Shown one piece after another: positions 32,560-43,165 of a stretch of 64,000 nt of DNA. Position 1 is the stretch's first letter, and every line of letters starts with the position of its first letter. The stretch is taken from the IMG/VR virus record IMGVR_UViG_3300029267_002792. One strand, written 5' to 3'. The translations under genes and the position numbers were made by a program. The stretch comes from a virus. The notes beneath the pieces are model-generated. The model was not told the DNA's origin, did not search any database, and worked only from the letters and a program-made list of their open reading frames with translations.

Positions 32560-33183
32560 CTACGCGGCCTCTTGAGCCGCTGCTGCGGCCTCTGCGGCCT
32601 TCTCCGCGGCCGTTTTCAGGGGTTGGACCTGGAAGGGCAAACCGTCCGGCCCGATGGCCATGTACCCCGAGAAGTGCTTCACGAGGGCTTTCCAGATGCG
32701 CTTGCGGTTGTACTCGTCCTTGGGGTGGACCCAAAAGAAGTGCTGCTTCTTCGAGGTCGAGACCGCCGGGCGCTTGACCTTCGCGCGTGTTTTGGTCCAC
32801 GAGTCGTAGCGGTAGCCATCGTGGTAGGGGGCGCGCACGAAGTAGCAGGTCTGCCCCTCGTGCTCGCCCACAGTGATCGAGATCGGAACGAGTCGGAGGT
32901 GGAAGATGTCAGCGATCTTGGGAAACCCAAGGTCACGGAGCTGGGAGGCAGCAAGCATGGACTCCAGAGAGACCGTGCCGTGGGAGACGTCGCAGGCGAG
33001 TCGGTGCACGATTTTGTTCGCCAGCTCGCGCACGCGCTCGGGAACCTCGAGATCGTACCCGTACTTGGACCGGCAGATGGGACCCATACCAGTCTCCACG
33101 CTCTTAGCATCGACAAGGGGCTTGCCGCATGCACAGCAGTGAGTTGCCATGATCTTGGTGGCGGTTGCGTCTTCGTATCCCAT
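32560..33183 (-). CDS. DUF6011-like zinc-finger protein
   Basis: CCACGKPLVDAKSVETGMGPICR; behind the promoter at 33247. Confidence 0.75.
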   Translation of the reverse strand: MGYEDATATKIMATHCCACGKPLVDAKSVETGMGPICRSKYGYDLEVPERVRELANKIVHRLACDVSHGTVSLESMLAASQLRDLGFPKIADIFHLRLVPISITVGEHEGQTCYFVRAPYHDGYRYDSWTKTRAKVKRPAVSTSKKQHFFWVHPKDEYNRKRIWKALVKHFSGYMAIGPDGLPFQVQPLKTAAEKAAEAAAAAQEAA

Positions 33184-33302
33184 CCGATCCTCCTTCGGGG
33201 CGTTGCCCCGATCGATAAGACCAGCATGGCACAGGAGTGAGGGGGTGTCAAGAGCAAACGTCACTGCCGTGGGCTTTTTTTGAGCCCCGCCCCCGGGGAA
33301 GG

Positions 33303-33920
33303 CTACCGGTCGCAGGTGTGTACACATGGCATCGTCCACAAGTCGTGAGAGCGCCGCGTCATACCGCACTTGGAGCACGCAACCGACTCTACGTCCCCTT
33401 CCCAAACCACGGGGCCATCCCACTGGTGTTCGCACGGCCCCTGTGGGCACTGGCAACGGCACATCTGAGAGCTAGGTCCTCGACAGACGTGGACTTGGAG
33501 GGAATCTTCCGTGTCCAAGCGCAACTCCCACGGACGTGCCTCAGCCTTTCTCCCGTCGTCGGTGATGACTGTGCAGGAGTGCGTGTCCTCGACCGATTCC
33601 ACGGTCACGCGTTCTCCCTTTCGGATGCTAGCGCCAGGAGGGTCCCAACTCACTCCGTGCAGCTCGGTCAGGGTCTCGACTCGGTGCCCCACGACGTCGA
33701 CCGCTGCAAAATCATGGGGAACGCCATTCTCGTCGATGCGCTCGTCCTTCTCCCACGTGATCTCCACCTTCCCGCCAGCGCGGGTGAAAGCTTCCCTGTG
33801 TGGACCATCGTGCTCTGGTTTCAGCGAGCATCGGATCGTCGTGTGGTTGTCGCCGAAGTTGTCTCCGAGGTACAGGCGGGCATTGCACTCACCAGACACG
33901 TTTTTCGGCTCACCGAGCAT
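33303..33920 (-). CDS. Hypothetical Cys-rich protein
   Basis: 205-aa ORF. Confidence 0.65.
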   Translation of the reverse strand: MLGEPKNVSGECNARLYLGDNFGDNHTTIRCSLKPEHDGPHREAFTRAGGKVEITWEKDERIDENGVPHDFAAVDVVGHRVETLTELHGVSWDPPGASIRKGERVTVESVEDTHSCTVITDDGRKAEARPWELRLDTEDSLQVHVCRGPSSQMCRCQCPQGPCEHQWDGPVVWEGDVESVACSKCGMTRRSHDLWTMPCVHTCDR

Positions 33921-34302
33921 GTGTCCGAGTCTCCCAGTCCGAGGGCAAGGTACGCTCCTCGACCACTCTCCCGATCTTCCTGGCTATATCGATGCCGGCC
34001 TGCATGCCGGGAGAGATGCCGTAGTTCGTGTAGACAACAGTCGCGTCCGCGATCGAGCCCCAGAGGAACCCGGCCTCGATGCCGAGCTTTCGCTCCTCAG
34101 GTACCTTGTCGTCGAGGATGCCCGGCTGTGTGTAGAGCAGGTGGCTGGCGAAGGGGACTTCCCCTCGTTCAAAACACTCGCGCAGGCACGCACGAGCGAA
34201 ACGAATGTTCCGATCCGTTGCAGCGTCATCCAACCCGGCAAAGGGACTTTCCACCACAACGAGTCGGCGTTGCGCGTCATTCAGAACGACTCTCTTAGCC
34301 AT
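33910..34302 (-). CDS. DUF4406/nucleoside deoxyribosyltransferase-like phage protein
   Basis: VVVESPFAG...ARAC...GEVPFASHLLYTQ..LDD..PEER..G...YGISPGM. Confidence 0.75.
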   Translation of the reverse strand: MAKRVVLNDAQRRLVVVESPFAGLDDAATDRNIRFARACLRECFERGEVPFASHLLYTQPGILDDKVPEERKLGIEAGFLWGSIADATVVYTNYGISPGMQAGIDIARKIGRVVEERTLPSDWETRTHAR

Positions 34303-34303
34303 C

Positions 34304-35974
34304 CTACACCTCCGTCCAACCACCTTTGCCGTCCGGTACGCTGATCTTGCTATTCTTTGGGTCGATCTGCAGGACCGGTGTCCAGCCCCACCGAGCCGTT
34401 TCCCACCCTGGGCCGTACTCTTCGTCGCAGTAGCCCCTGTACCCGCGCAAGTACTCTTCCCGCTGATCCGCGGGCACGTAGTCGGGGGCCTCCATGGCCG
34501 TGCGTTTGTCCATCCCGCCGGACGAGGCGAAGGGGCAGTTTTCGCAGCGGTCTTGGAAGGCAGCCATCCACCCCCGGTCGTAGGGTTCGCTGTTCCGGCG
34601 CGGCTCAGTCATTGTCGCTCCCGTCGTCGGCGTAGTAGAAGCTGTTCTCGCCCTCCGGGCACTCCTCACGCATCGCTGCCAGCGCCCGGCGGACCGAAGC
34701 TCCGGAAGTGCCGAAGGCCTCGGTGACGGTATCGCAGCATGTGCACGTTGCTCGGACCCCGGTCACAGGGCGCCCGTCCTCGTTTTCCAGCTCTACGTCG
34801 TGCTCTATGATGCACTCTACTCGTGGCATATCTACCTCCTGACCAGTTGTCCCTTCACCTCAGCAGGCCCGAATGCGGTCTGCCACTCCTTGGGTGGAGC
34901 CCCACCCTTCAGGAGCCAGGTATCAAGGGAAATAAACAGCTCCAGGACTTCTTCAACATCATGCGGTCCAGCCTCGGCGAACATCTCCCGGAGCCTGTTC
35001 AGTGTAGCGTCTGGGTCCATTTCAAACCTCGGTGTGGAGTCTCCGAGCCACCTCGACCATGCGCCGGGAGATGTCGAAGAAAGCTTCTTCCGTGTAGCGA
35101 CAGTCTTCATGGGCCGAGTTATGCGCCTCCAAGGCCGACCTCTCCGTTTTCAGGGCCTCCAGTTCCGCTACCAGGGACCACAGGCGGGCGTCTTGCCGGA
35201 TTTCCGCTTCCCCGCGGTTACACATTTTCGGCCTCCTCCAATGCTCGCCTCCCGTGAATAGTCAGTGTGTACCCCTCGCTCCCGAGACGCCGGCCGTAGA
35301 CCATGTGTAGTTGAACCCACCCCAGCTTAGCGAGCTTTCCCAGGTACCCTCCCCCGGCCAGGTTCATGCCACCACCGTATGAAACACCTTTCGGGCCGCA
35401 TTTGGTGTGATGGTGGTGAGCCTCAGCGTCAGGCCACATCTTCTTAGCGAACTCGCGCGGGCGAATGGGACCATAGTCCCGCACGATGGCGAGCGCCCTC
35501 TGCTGTGATTCTGTCATTCTACTCGCAGCTCCTCACGCCTACGCAAGCTCAGGCGCTCACCATCGACGCCTACGTTCAGAAACGTCTCCTTGCACAGGCC
35601 TTCGCGGTCCGTGGGAGAGTTCCGATCATCATCGAACAAGACGAGGAAGATCCCGGTCTCGGTGATCTTCCGGACCGTGCCCGCACGCCTTGTCCGCACT
35701 CCCTTCACGTGGTCGTAGACCCTGTCCCCCACTTTCACTTTCATCGCACCCCTCCGAGCCGCCCGACCCCTCAATGTCTCCCTGCCCTTCGGAAAAGCTC
35801 GCTACGCAGCTCTTCCCAAGCATCCCGCATCCTCTCGTAATCAGCTTGAGAGCGCTCCTTGACACAGTCACCAGCTCTGTAATCCATCACGTTGCCCAAG
35901 CACGCCGGCTCCTCGCGACTCAGGCAAAGCGCTGCCCACAAACACACCTCTCGTTTGGCCTCCCGAGCATTCAT
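34304..35974 (-). CDS. Run of small hypothetical ORFs (34304-34612, 34605-34829, 34832-35110, 35022-35225, 35218-35517, ~35514-35744, 35771-35974)
   Basis: Tightly coupled minus-strand ORFs with GGAGG RBSs, behind the promoter at 36108. Confidence 0.6.
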
Positions 35975-36214
35975 GACTCCTTCGGTCCTTTCCCTGCCTC
36001 TCCACTATGAGGCAAACCGAACCTTGCCCCGTCGGTGGTACATCGCTCATCCTCCTTGGCCGATGTTTCGGCCATCTACAGACAGGCTACCTGATCCCCA
36101 AGGACTTGTCAAGAGCAAACGTGAAGAAATCGCAGCAGCGTACAATGGACGTCGAGACGGTACGGACTTTTAGCAGAGCAAAGACTCGCCGTACAATGGA
36201 CGCTGTGATCGCGT

Positions 36215-36808
36215 TCATGGGAGCCCTTTCAACAGCTCGTCCACCTTGGCCGGCGGGTTGAGCCAGTCCGTCTCTCCCTCAGGCTCTCCTCGGTTCCATA
36301 TCCGAATGGCCTCGTGGGCGTCAGGGTGGTCGGCGTACATGACAAGCTTCTTGAGCCGGCCCACGGTGGCGAAAAGGATCTCCGTGACGCGTTCGTGCTT
36401 GGCCCTCCACCGCGCGGGAGCGCGGTCGTTCAAACGCTGCCCCATGAGTGCTACGGCCTCGCCCACGATACGCACGTGTTCCTTGCTGGCTCCCGTCGGA
36501 AAGTCACCGCGCTCTGCGCCATCCACGTGGAACGTTGCTCCCAGGAACTCGATGCTCATAGGGATGTCTGTTTCATGACCAGGACACCCGTTCTCTGTGC
36601 AGGGTTTCCCGCAGTCGTATTCGTAGACTTCCACCACGCCGAAGTCGTCGTCGTCGGAGACGGGGAGAATCTCCGCTAGCGAGGCCTGCGCAGCCCGCAC
36701 GGCCTCGAATACGTCCAAAAGCCGATCGTCGTGGACCACTCGTTTCGGAGTCAGCTCCTTCAGAGCTTCTCCAACTATGATCTTCAGGGCTTCTTCTGAC
36801 ACCCACAT
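36215..36808 (-). CDS. Hypothetical protein
   Basis: Start near MWVSEEAL. Confidence 0.7.
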   Translation of the reverse strand: MWVSEEALKIIVGEALKELTPKRVVHDDRLLDVFEAVRAAQASLAEILPVSDDDDFGVVEVYEYDCGKPCTENGCPGHETDIPMSIEFLGATFHVDGAERGDFPTGASKEHVRIVGEAVALMGQRLNDRAPARWRAKHERVTEILFATVGRLKKLVMYADHPDAHEAIRIWNRGEPEGETDWLNPPAKVDELLKGLP

Positions 36809-36989
36809 GTTGTTCAAGATCGCCCTCCTTTCAGGATGCGTCGAAGGGTGGTCAGGTCCTGTCGGCCGCTGACCAGCCCCTGCACCTCCTTGAGGAGCTG
36901 CTTCCAAATGGGCGGCCCAAGGTAGGAATCCGGATCGTAACCCAGGGCTTGGGCAAGCTCCCGGCGGCAGTCCTCTTTGGACTTGTTGT

Positions 36990-37726
36990 TCATCTACTCC
37001 TCCTGTCCGCCCGCTCGGGCTCAAGGTCCGCGGAGTAGATCACGTGGTAGCAGGTCGCGTCCCACTCGTGCACGGGCACGATGAACGCATCGCCACCTGG
37101 CGAGACTTTCCGGATGAACGCGGCAGCAGCGTTGGGGGTGCTGAAGCACTGAGAGACTCGTCCCTCCTCTTCGACCGCGTTGTTGATAGCTCCTATGATG
37201 TCCTCCAGCGCGCAAAGTCGCCGCTCGGGGAAATCTCGGTACGGGTGGGAGTCGGAGGTAGGATTCAGGGCCATGCTCGCCGTGTGTCGAATGGCGACCA
37301 TCCGGTGAACAAGAGTGGTTTGCCGATGCTCCAAACAAGCCAGCTCGGAGTCCTTCTCTTCAAGGAGGAGCCTCTGATCGCGATTGGTGCGTCGCACATG
37401 ATAGATGAGCACGTTCAGACAGGAGATCCAGAACAACAGGATGGCTACGACTATACACTCGGTGACGGTAATCATTCCGCCGACTCCTCCCGCGGGTCCT
37501 GGTACGTTCCGCTCGCTACGCCCTTCAGAGCTGCCCACACTGCCCCACCTTCAGCCGCTCGAACCGCGTGCACCGTCAGCGCCCGAACTGCGGTTACCAG
37601 CTCCTGAGGCTGATCTTCAGCCAGCGCGCTGCTCATGGTCTCGGTGAACGACTCGATGTTCCGGATCGCGCGTTTGAGGTCGAGCTTTGCTCCGGCAATC
37701 CCGTCCAGGTTCTTGGGTGTGGCCAT
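36990..37726 (-). CDS. Two hypothetical ORFs (36990-37475 with N-terminal TM helix; 37472-37726)
   Basis: ATGA-coupled ORFs. Confidence 0.6.
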
Positions 37727-37731
37727 GGTCT

Positions 37732-38472
37732 TTACGATACCTTTCTCGGCTGTATTGCGGCGGTCTGCTCCTCGTCCAGCTCCAGCTCGTCGTCGGTCCA
37801 CTCGGCGTCAAAGTTTGCGTCGCAGAGCGCTTGCACGATATCTCGGAGCCGCGTCTTTTTGTGGACTGGGATGTCGAAGGATCGGCTGCGATAGCGGTAC
37901 ATCTTGATGCCCTCAGGCGTCTCCACCCGCTTTGTGTCCACCCAGATGTGCCGCCCGACCTTGATCGTGAGCACGCCGTCGCGCAGCTCGGCCCCGCGGA
38001 AGCGCAGAAGATACTTAGCCCGCTTGTTCCATCGTTCCAACATGGCCTTGATCGCCCACTCGTGCATCTTGCGCTCCCAGCCCTCGGCCGTGACGTGCCA
38101 CGGGATGCCGACGAGCACACTCAGGCGCTCGTTGTACATGCGGAGGATGCGGCCCGGGTTGCCGATCTCGGCGAGCACATAGTGATCGGGCTCGTGCCCG
38201 ACGTAGCGTGCGATGCCCCAGTCGTGGTTGGGGTTGGTCATACACTTCACGATCGAGCCCTGGGGAGGCCTCTCCGTATCGCTGAGGAGGCCGAAGGAGA
38301 GGAACTGGGGAGCAATCTCCCCCATCGTACCGACTTTCACCGTGCGTTCGCCCACGATGGTCTGCCGCCTTTCGTATCGGGGGATGTGGATGTGACTGCC
38401 CATATCCAGCCAGACGATGATGTCTTTGAGAATGCGGGCCTTGTCGTCATTCTGCGGGAACGTTCTTCGCAT
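37732..38472 (-). CDS. Hypothetical phage protein
   Basis: 246-aa ORF. Confidence 0.75.
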   Translation of the reverse strand: MRRTFPQNDDKARILKDIIVWLDMGSHIHIPRYERRQTIVGERTVKVGTMGEIAPQFLSFGLLSDTERPPQGSIVKCMTNPNHDWGIARYVGHEPDHYVLAEIGNPGRILRMYNERLSVLVGIPWHVTAEGWERKMHEWAIKAMLERWNKRAKYLLRFRGAELRDGVLTIKVGRHIWVDTKRVETPEGIKMYRYRSRSFDIPVHKKTRLRDIVQALCDANFDAEWTDDELELDEEQTAAIQPRKVS

Positions 38473-39948
38473 CGCGCCTCTCTATCAGCTCGGGCCAGCT
38501 CCACGTCTTACCCGAAACAAGGTTCTCGGCCCAGCGGCTCTTCTTATCAGCCCGGGCGACTGCGCGAGCAAATTCGGTCGCCTCCTCGGGGGAGGCGGAC
38601 ACTGGCAAATGAAAGTCTACGTACACTCGGAAAGCGAACCGATCCTCGTGTCCGCAACTCCGCATCTCGACACGAACGCCCACGTGTGGGCTGTAGAAAG
38701 CGTGCTGCGGATCACACCCGAAGATCTGCTCGTACTCGAGGCCCTCCGTATCGCGCGGAGTCATGTTCCGACGCAGCTTTCGTTGGATCTCCTTCAGGTC
38801 GTCGGGCACGCTCATCCTATTCTCCTCAGTACCTCGTCCAGGCGGTCAGCCACGCTTTTGAGAGTGACCGCGCCCGCAGCGTGCTCCCGACGCTCGCGGT
38901 TGACGTGCTCCTCGTCGAACTGGTGTTCGATCCTGGTCAACAGGCCCATGGCCAAGTTCAGCTGCCGCGAGGCTTCCTCGACTTCGGGTGCGAGGTGCCC
39001 CTTGACGAGCCTCTCCAAATCCTGAATGCGCTCGGCTAGCGTGCGTGAGTCCTCGTCTGGGTTCTGGGGTTTGTGGTTTTCAAGTGGGTCCATTTCGCAC
39101 CTCAGTAGCTCACGTCCATCCACACCTTCAGGTGGGTGACTTCTTTCGGGAGCTTCTTCAGATCGATGAGGTAGTAGCTGCCTGAGCCGCCTCGAAGGTC
39201 CAGACACATGGTTTCGCGAGCTGCGCCGAACTCCGCGATCGCTTTCTCAACCGCTCGGGTTTTCCCGTCCAGCCCAGGGTCTTCCCAATCGAAGAACTCC
39301 CCTACCTCGTCGGGGATACTGATTGCAGCGGCTACGCAGGAATCCCACACAGCCTTCATCCGCTCCCACGTCTCGTCCGCAGGTTGAACGCCGACTACCT
39401 TCACACGCGCATCCAGCCCCATGTTCAATCGTCCTTTCTAGCCCCCATGCCCACTACCCCCAGTAGCTCCCGAGGTACCAGTGGGGCTTCCCGTCAACAC
39501 CGATCTCTTCCAGGAATGCTAGGTAGCGTTCCAGAGCCACGTCCTTGTGGACGAGGGAGATCGTCGCCTCCGAAATCTCCACAGCGTATCCCCGATTAGC
39601 CACAGTGACCGAGCCCGGTAGGCAGATGATCCACTCCGGCACATTGTCCGAACAGGCGTTGACCATCTCGAAGGGCATCGGGTTGGCTCTCTCCCATGCG
39701 CGCCTATGGGCGTGGTACTCGTCTCGCTTTTCTTGGGGCCACGGCTCCCCGCCAATCCAGTTCCCCGCCGACGTGAACATCTCGAACGGAGGCTTGTAAC
39801 CCCGGTACTCTCTCCACCACACTTCTTCGTCGTGGTCGCAGTCGCTCATGAGGGGGATATCATCACGCGTGCCGGCGGAGAGATCGAGCGGGTGGTCTTC
39901 GCCAGTGATGACGCCGTAGCAGATGATTCCGTCAGTCGATACGCCCAT
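38447..39948 (-). CDS. Run of hypothetical ORFs (38447-38815, 38812-39093, 39102-39422, 39454-39948)
   Basis: Coupled minus-strand ORFs. Confidence 0.65.
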
Positions 39949-40614
39949 TGTCAGTTCCTTTCAAGCAGAGCTGCCGAGCCAGCCAGGATGCTTTGTAGAG
40001 CGCTTCCGCGGCGTCGTGCAGGGACAGGGGATCGCGAAGATTGTGAAGTCGGTCGTCGATGCGAGAGACGAGAGTCAGAAGGTATCCGTAGTCCCTCCCC
40101 TCCGTGAGTCGATCCGGGGCCGGAGCGGGTATGCGCCTGCTCCCAACGTGCCCCACGTAGCGGCACTGGAAGCAGATGTAGAAGTGCGGTCCGTCCCCCT
40201 CGGTATCGATTAGGATGTCCACGTGCCGACCGCAGTCCGGGCAGGTATTGGAGTCAGCTCCGATCATTTGGTACTTCATCTCGTAACCCGATCTTTGGCG
40301 GGCACATCGATCCGCCCGTGACCGACGTGCCAGATGCGTCGGCAGCGAAAGCAGATGTAGAACTGCGGCCCCTTGCCCCACTCCTCGCAGAGCAGGAACA
40401 GGCGGTGGTTGCAATCCGGGCAGAAGGAGGACTCCGCGTGTTGTACGAGGTACTTCGCCCCCTCGGGTTGGGAGAGCACAGCCTCTTGAACTGCGCCGAG
40501 CAGGTTTTTAGCCTCCTCCTCCATCTCGTCGGGGTCGGTAACACCGGCCTCGGCCAGAACTGGTCGTATATAGGCCGCGATCTTCTTCACTACGTCGTCG
40601 CTCTGAAAGCTCAT
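39932..40614 (-). CDS. Tandem paralogous zinc-ribbon proteins (39932-40279, 40276-40614)
   Basis: Both contain CPDC...GP.FYICF.CR...HVG..RI. Confidence 0.75.
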
Positions 40615-41739
40615 TGGTCTTCCTTCTCGGATAAGGGAAGGGGAAGAGGCGGACCCGAGACGAACCGGCCCTTCTCATCACGCGGGTAGAGCGAAGCTTC
40701 CTCGGCTACCATCTCACGCTCGGACTCGCTCCACAGATAGGGCGTTACGGGCTCTGAGAGCACCTCCACAGCCTCTGGCGGCACCCGGTGGGGTTTCACC
40801 GTGGGCCAGCGCGTCACGAGGTAGGCAAGTACTCTGGAGCCTGTCTCCGCGAAGCCTGGCGGGTCGCCTTCCCCCCATTCCCCCGGCAGGTCGCCGGGCG
40901 TTCGGAGCCCGGTCTGGAGGTACGTTGCACCCACGACCCAACCAACAAGCGGGGGTTTGACCGGGAACGGTTTCCACCAGAACTTGCCGTGCTCGTCGCT
41001 CACGCGGTAAAGAACGTGCGAGGCGCGGACCTGCCGGCACATGAAGTCGCGGATGAACGCTCGCCCGTTGAACTTCTTCGTCGCTCGCCGTCCCATTGCC
41101 CCTCACATTTACCCGATACCAAGAACGCGCTGCTCCTCGGAAGTCAGCTTTTCGCGGGCTCGACGGGCTAGCTCCGCCTCGTACTGGAGTCGGCTCGTCT
41201 TCCACACGGGGACGCGATATCCGCGTATGGCGTGCCACACGTCGTCGAGTCCGTACATGATCTGCACTTCCCGGATGTTGTGCGTTCCATTGGCATCCTG
41301 CCATGCGCCCCTATGCGTGGTGTACACGCCTGTCAGCGAACCATCACCATCGAAGAGCCCCCACGCCTCTGCAATCTGGCCGGGCCGGGGCCACTCAGGT
41401 ATGGTGTAGACTCGCTTGGACTCTGATTCCACGGGAATCACCTCCTGTCTACTCGTCGCCCCACAAGACGCCACCCATGGCCTGCAGGGCGTCGTTCACG
41501 GTAAGGTCCCCGCCCTTCTCCTCGGCGACCTTGTCTAGCGCCTTGCAGGCGTCTTCCAAGCTCCCGGCGGCGTTGTCGAGAGTCCGGGCGAGCCGGGCAT
41601 CGGCCCATTCCTCGCGCGCGATGGTCAGGGCCTCCTGTGCAGCCTCTTCGTAGGTCGCGGCCACGACGTCGCACTGCCGTCGTCGGTAGTGACTGGAACC
41701 CACCTTAGCCACGTCCAAAGGTACGAAAAATTTTGGCAT
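40611..41739 (-). CDS. Hypothetical ORFs (40611-41096, ~41109-41432, 41449-41739)
   Basis: Minus-strand run. Confidence 0.6.
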
Positions 41740-41750
41740 TCCGGCCTCTC

Positions 41751-42476
41751 CTATTCCGCATCCCAGTAGGCGGAGGGGTCTTCCCACCGAGGGTAGTGCT
41801 CGTTCAGCCACGCCCTTGCAGCTTTCTGAGCCTTGTTCTCGGCAGCCCAGTACGCTTGCCACGCAGTCTCTTGTTCGGGCGTCTTCTCATCACAGGCGCG
41901 CGGTTTGGTCGGGCGATTGCGGACCTTAGCGCGGAACATCTCAACGGGCACACCGTCGTCGGCTCCGAAATCTAGCACCACGCAATCGTCATCTCCTGGA
42001 GCGTCGCCGTACTCGTGAGGGTCGTTGCTGCGATCGTAGCCTGGCTGCTGGGTTCGGAAACACGCGCCAGTGCGTACCGAGAATCGGTTCTCCGCGATCA
42101 CTTGGGCCTGGCGGTCGTAGAAGGCGGCCTTGTAGAACACTCTCAGGCGCAGGCGTCCGCGAGTGTCCAGAACGCTGGACCACATGGGGTGATCGGTCGG
42201 CACCTTCTTCCACCCCTCCGGCAAAGTGGCCGGGCGGAAAATGGAATCGTCCGCGAACGGCTCCCCGAGCTGAATGCCCATCGCCTCCAGCATGGTTTCG
42301 GTCAGCCCGTGCATCAGCTGCGTAGGCAAGCTCTCGCTACGCACCATTTCGCGCTGTCCTCGGGCCTCGGATGCTTCGATCGCATTGGACATGTTCATGT
42401 AGCCGCCAGTGCTGGCATGCAGAAGCAGCCCTTCGATGAACACGTCGTCGGCCGTAAACTTGCGCGGCTTACTCAT
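41751..42476 (-). CDS. Hypothetical phage protein
   Basis: LPEGW...TDHPMWS.VLD.RGR.R..VFYKAAFYDR motif. Confidence 0.8.
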   Translation of the reverse strand: MSKPRKFTADDVFIEGLLLHASTGGYMNMSNAIEASEARGQREMVRSESLPTQLMHGLTETMLEAMGIQLGEPFADDSIFRPATLPEGWKKVPTDHPMWSSVLDTRGRLRLRVFYKAAFYDRQAQVIAENRFSVRTGACFRTQQPGYDRSNDPHEYGDAPGDDDCVVLDFGADDGVPVEMFRAKVRNRPTKPRACDEKTPEQETAWQAYWAAENKAQKAARAWLNEHYPRWEDPSAYWDAE

Positions 42477-42498
42477 AGTCACTCCGGTACTTACAGGG

Positions 42499-42819
42499 TT
42501 AGATCCCGAGGGCGTCCAACTCCTCTTGGGTCAATTTATTACGGGCTTTTTGGACGATTTCGCGTCTCCTTGTTGTCTTGCTCCGCTTCCTCGGCCTCGG
42601 CGTTCTGCTCGGGTCTCGTAGAACATGCCAACGTCCGTCCAATCCGTACACCATAGAAACTTGCGTGATGTTGCACTCAAGGTCAGCGTCTGCTGCGGCG
42701 TCCTTATGGCGCTCGTACAGGTCAAGCAAAGTTCCGTATCTGAAGAGTCCCCAGGCTGCAGCGATCTGCCCATATCGAGGTTCTTTCGGAGTGGGGTAAG
42801 TGGTGTACTTTTTTGGCAT
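42499..42819 (-). CDS. Hypothetical protein, paralog of the ORF at 41109
   Basis: GQIA.AWGLF...YGLD..WH...AR.KLT.EE...LGI shared. Confidence 0.72.
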   Translation of the reverse strand: MPKKYTTYPTPKEPRYGQIAAAWGLFRYGTLLDLYERHKDAAADADLECNITQVSMVYGLDGRWHVLRDPSRTPRPRKRSKTTRRREIVQKARNKLTQEELDALGI

Positions 42820-42873
42820 AGGCCTAACTCCTCGACGCTGTCTCTTACCACATAGCAAAGATTGCTCTTGACG

Positions 42874-43104
42874 TCAACTCTTTTCTTGGTTCTTCCTTCG
42901 AGGAAGGCTTGCCAGGGCTTCCGCGCGAGTCGTGGAAGCGGCCTCCACGACTTCGCAGACGTCGGCCCAACGCTCCAGCATGAGCCAGATGATGCTTCGC
43001 TTAGCGCCTCCGTCGAAGGTAAAGGGAGCGAGTCCCTGAGCCTCGAACAGTCGCTCAATGGCGTCCAGCTGCCGAGAGCGCCGATCTTCGGGGTGGTCGA
43101 TCAT
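42874..43104 (-). CDS. Hypothetical protein
   Basis: Start MIDHPEDR. Confidence 0.55.
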   Translation of the reverse strand: MIDHPEDRRSRQLDAIERLFEAQGLAPFTFDGGAKRSIIWLMLERWADVCEVVEAASTTRAEALASLPRRKNQEKS

Positions 43105-43165
43105 GGTAGCCTTTCTTTTGCTCTGGGGAGTACTACATAGCGGAGGGGTTGTCAATATCGGCCTG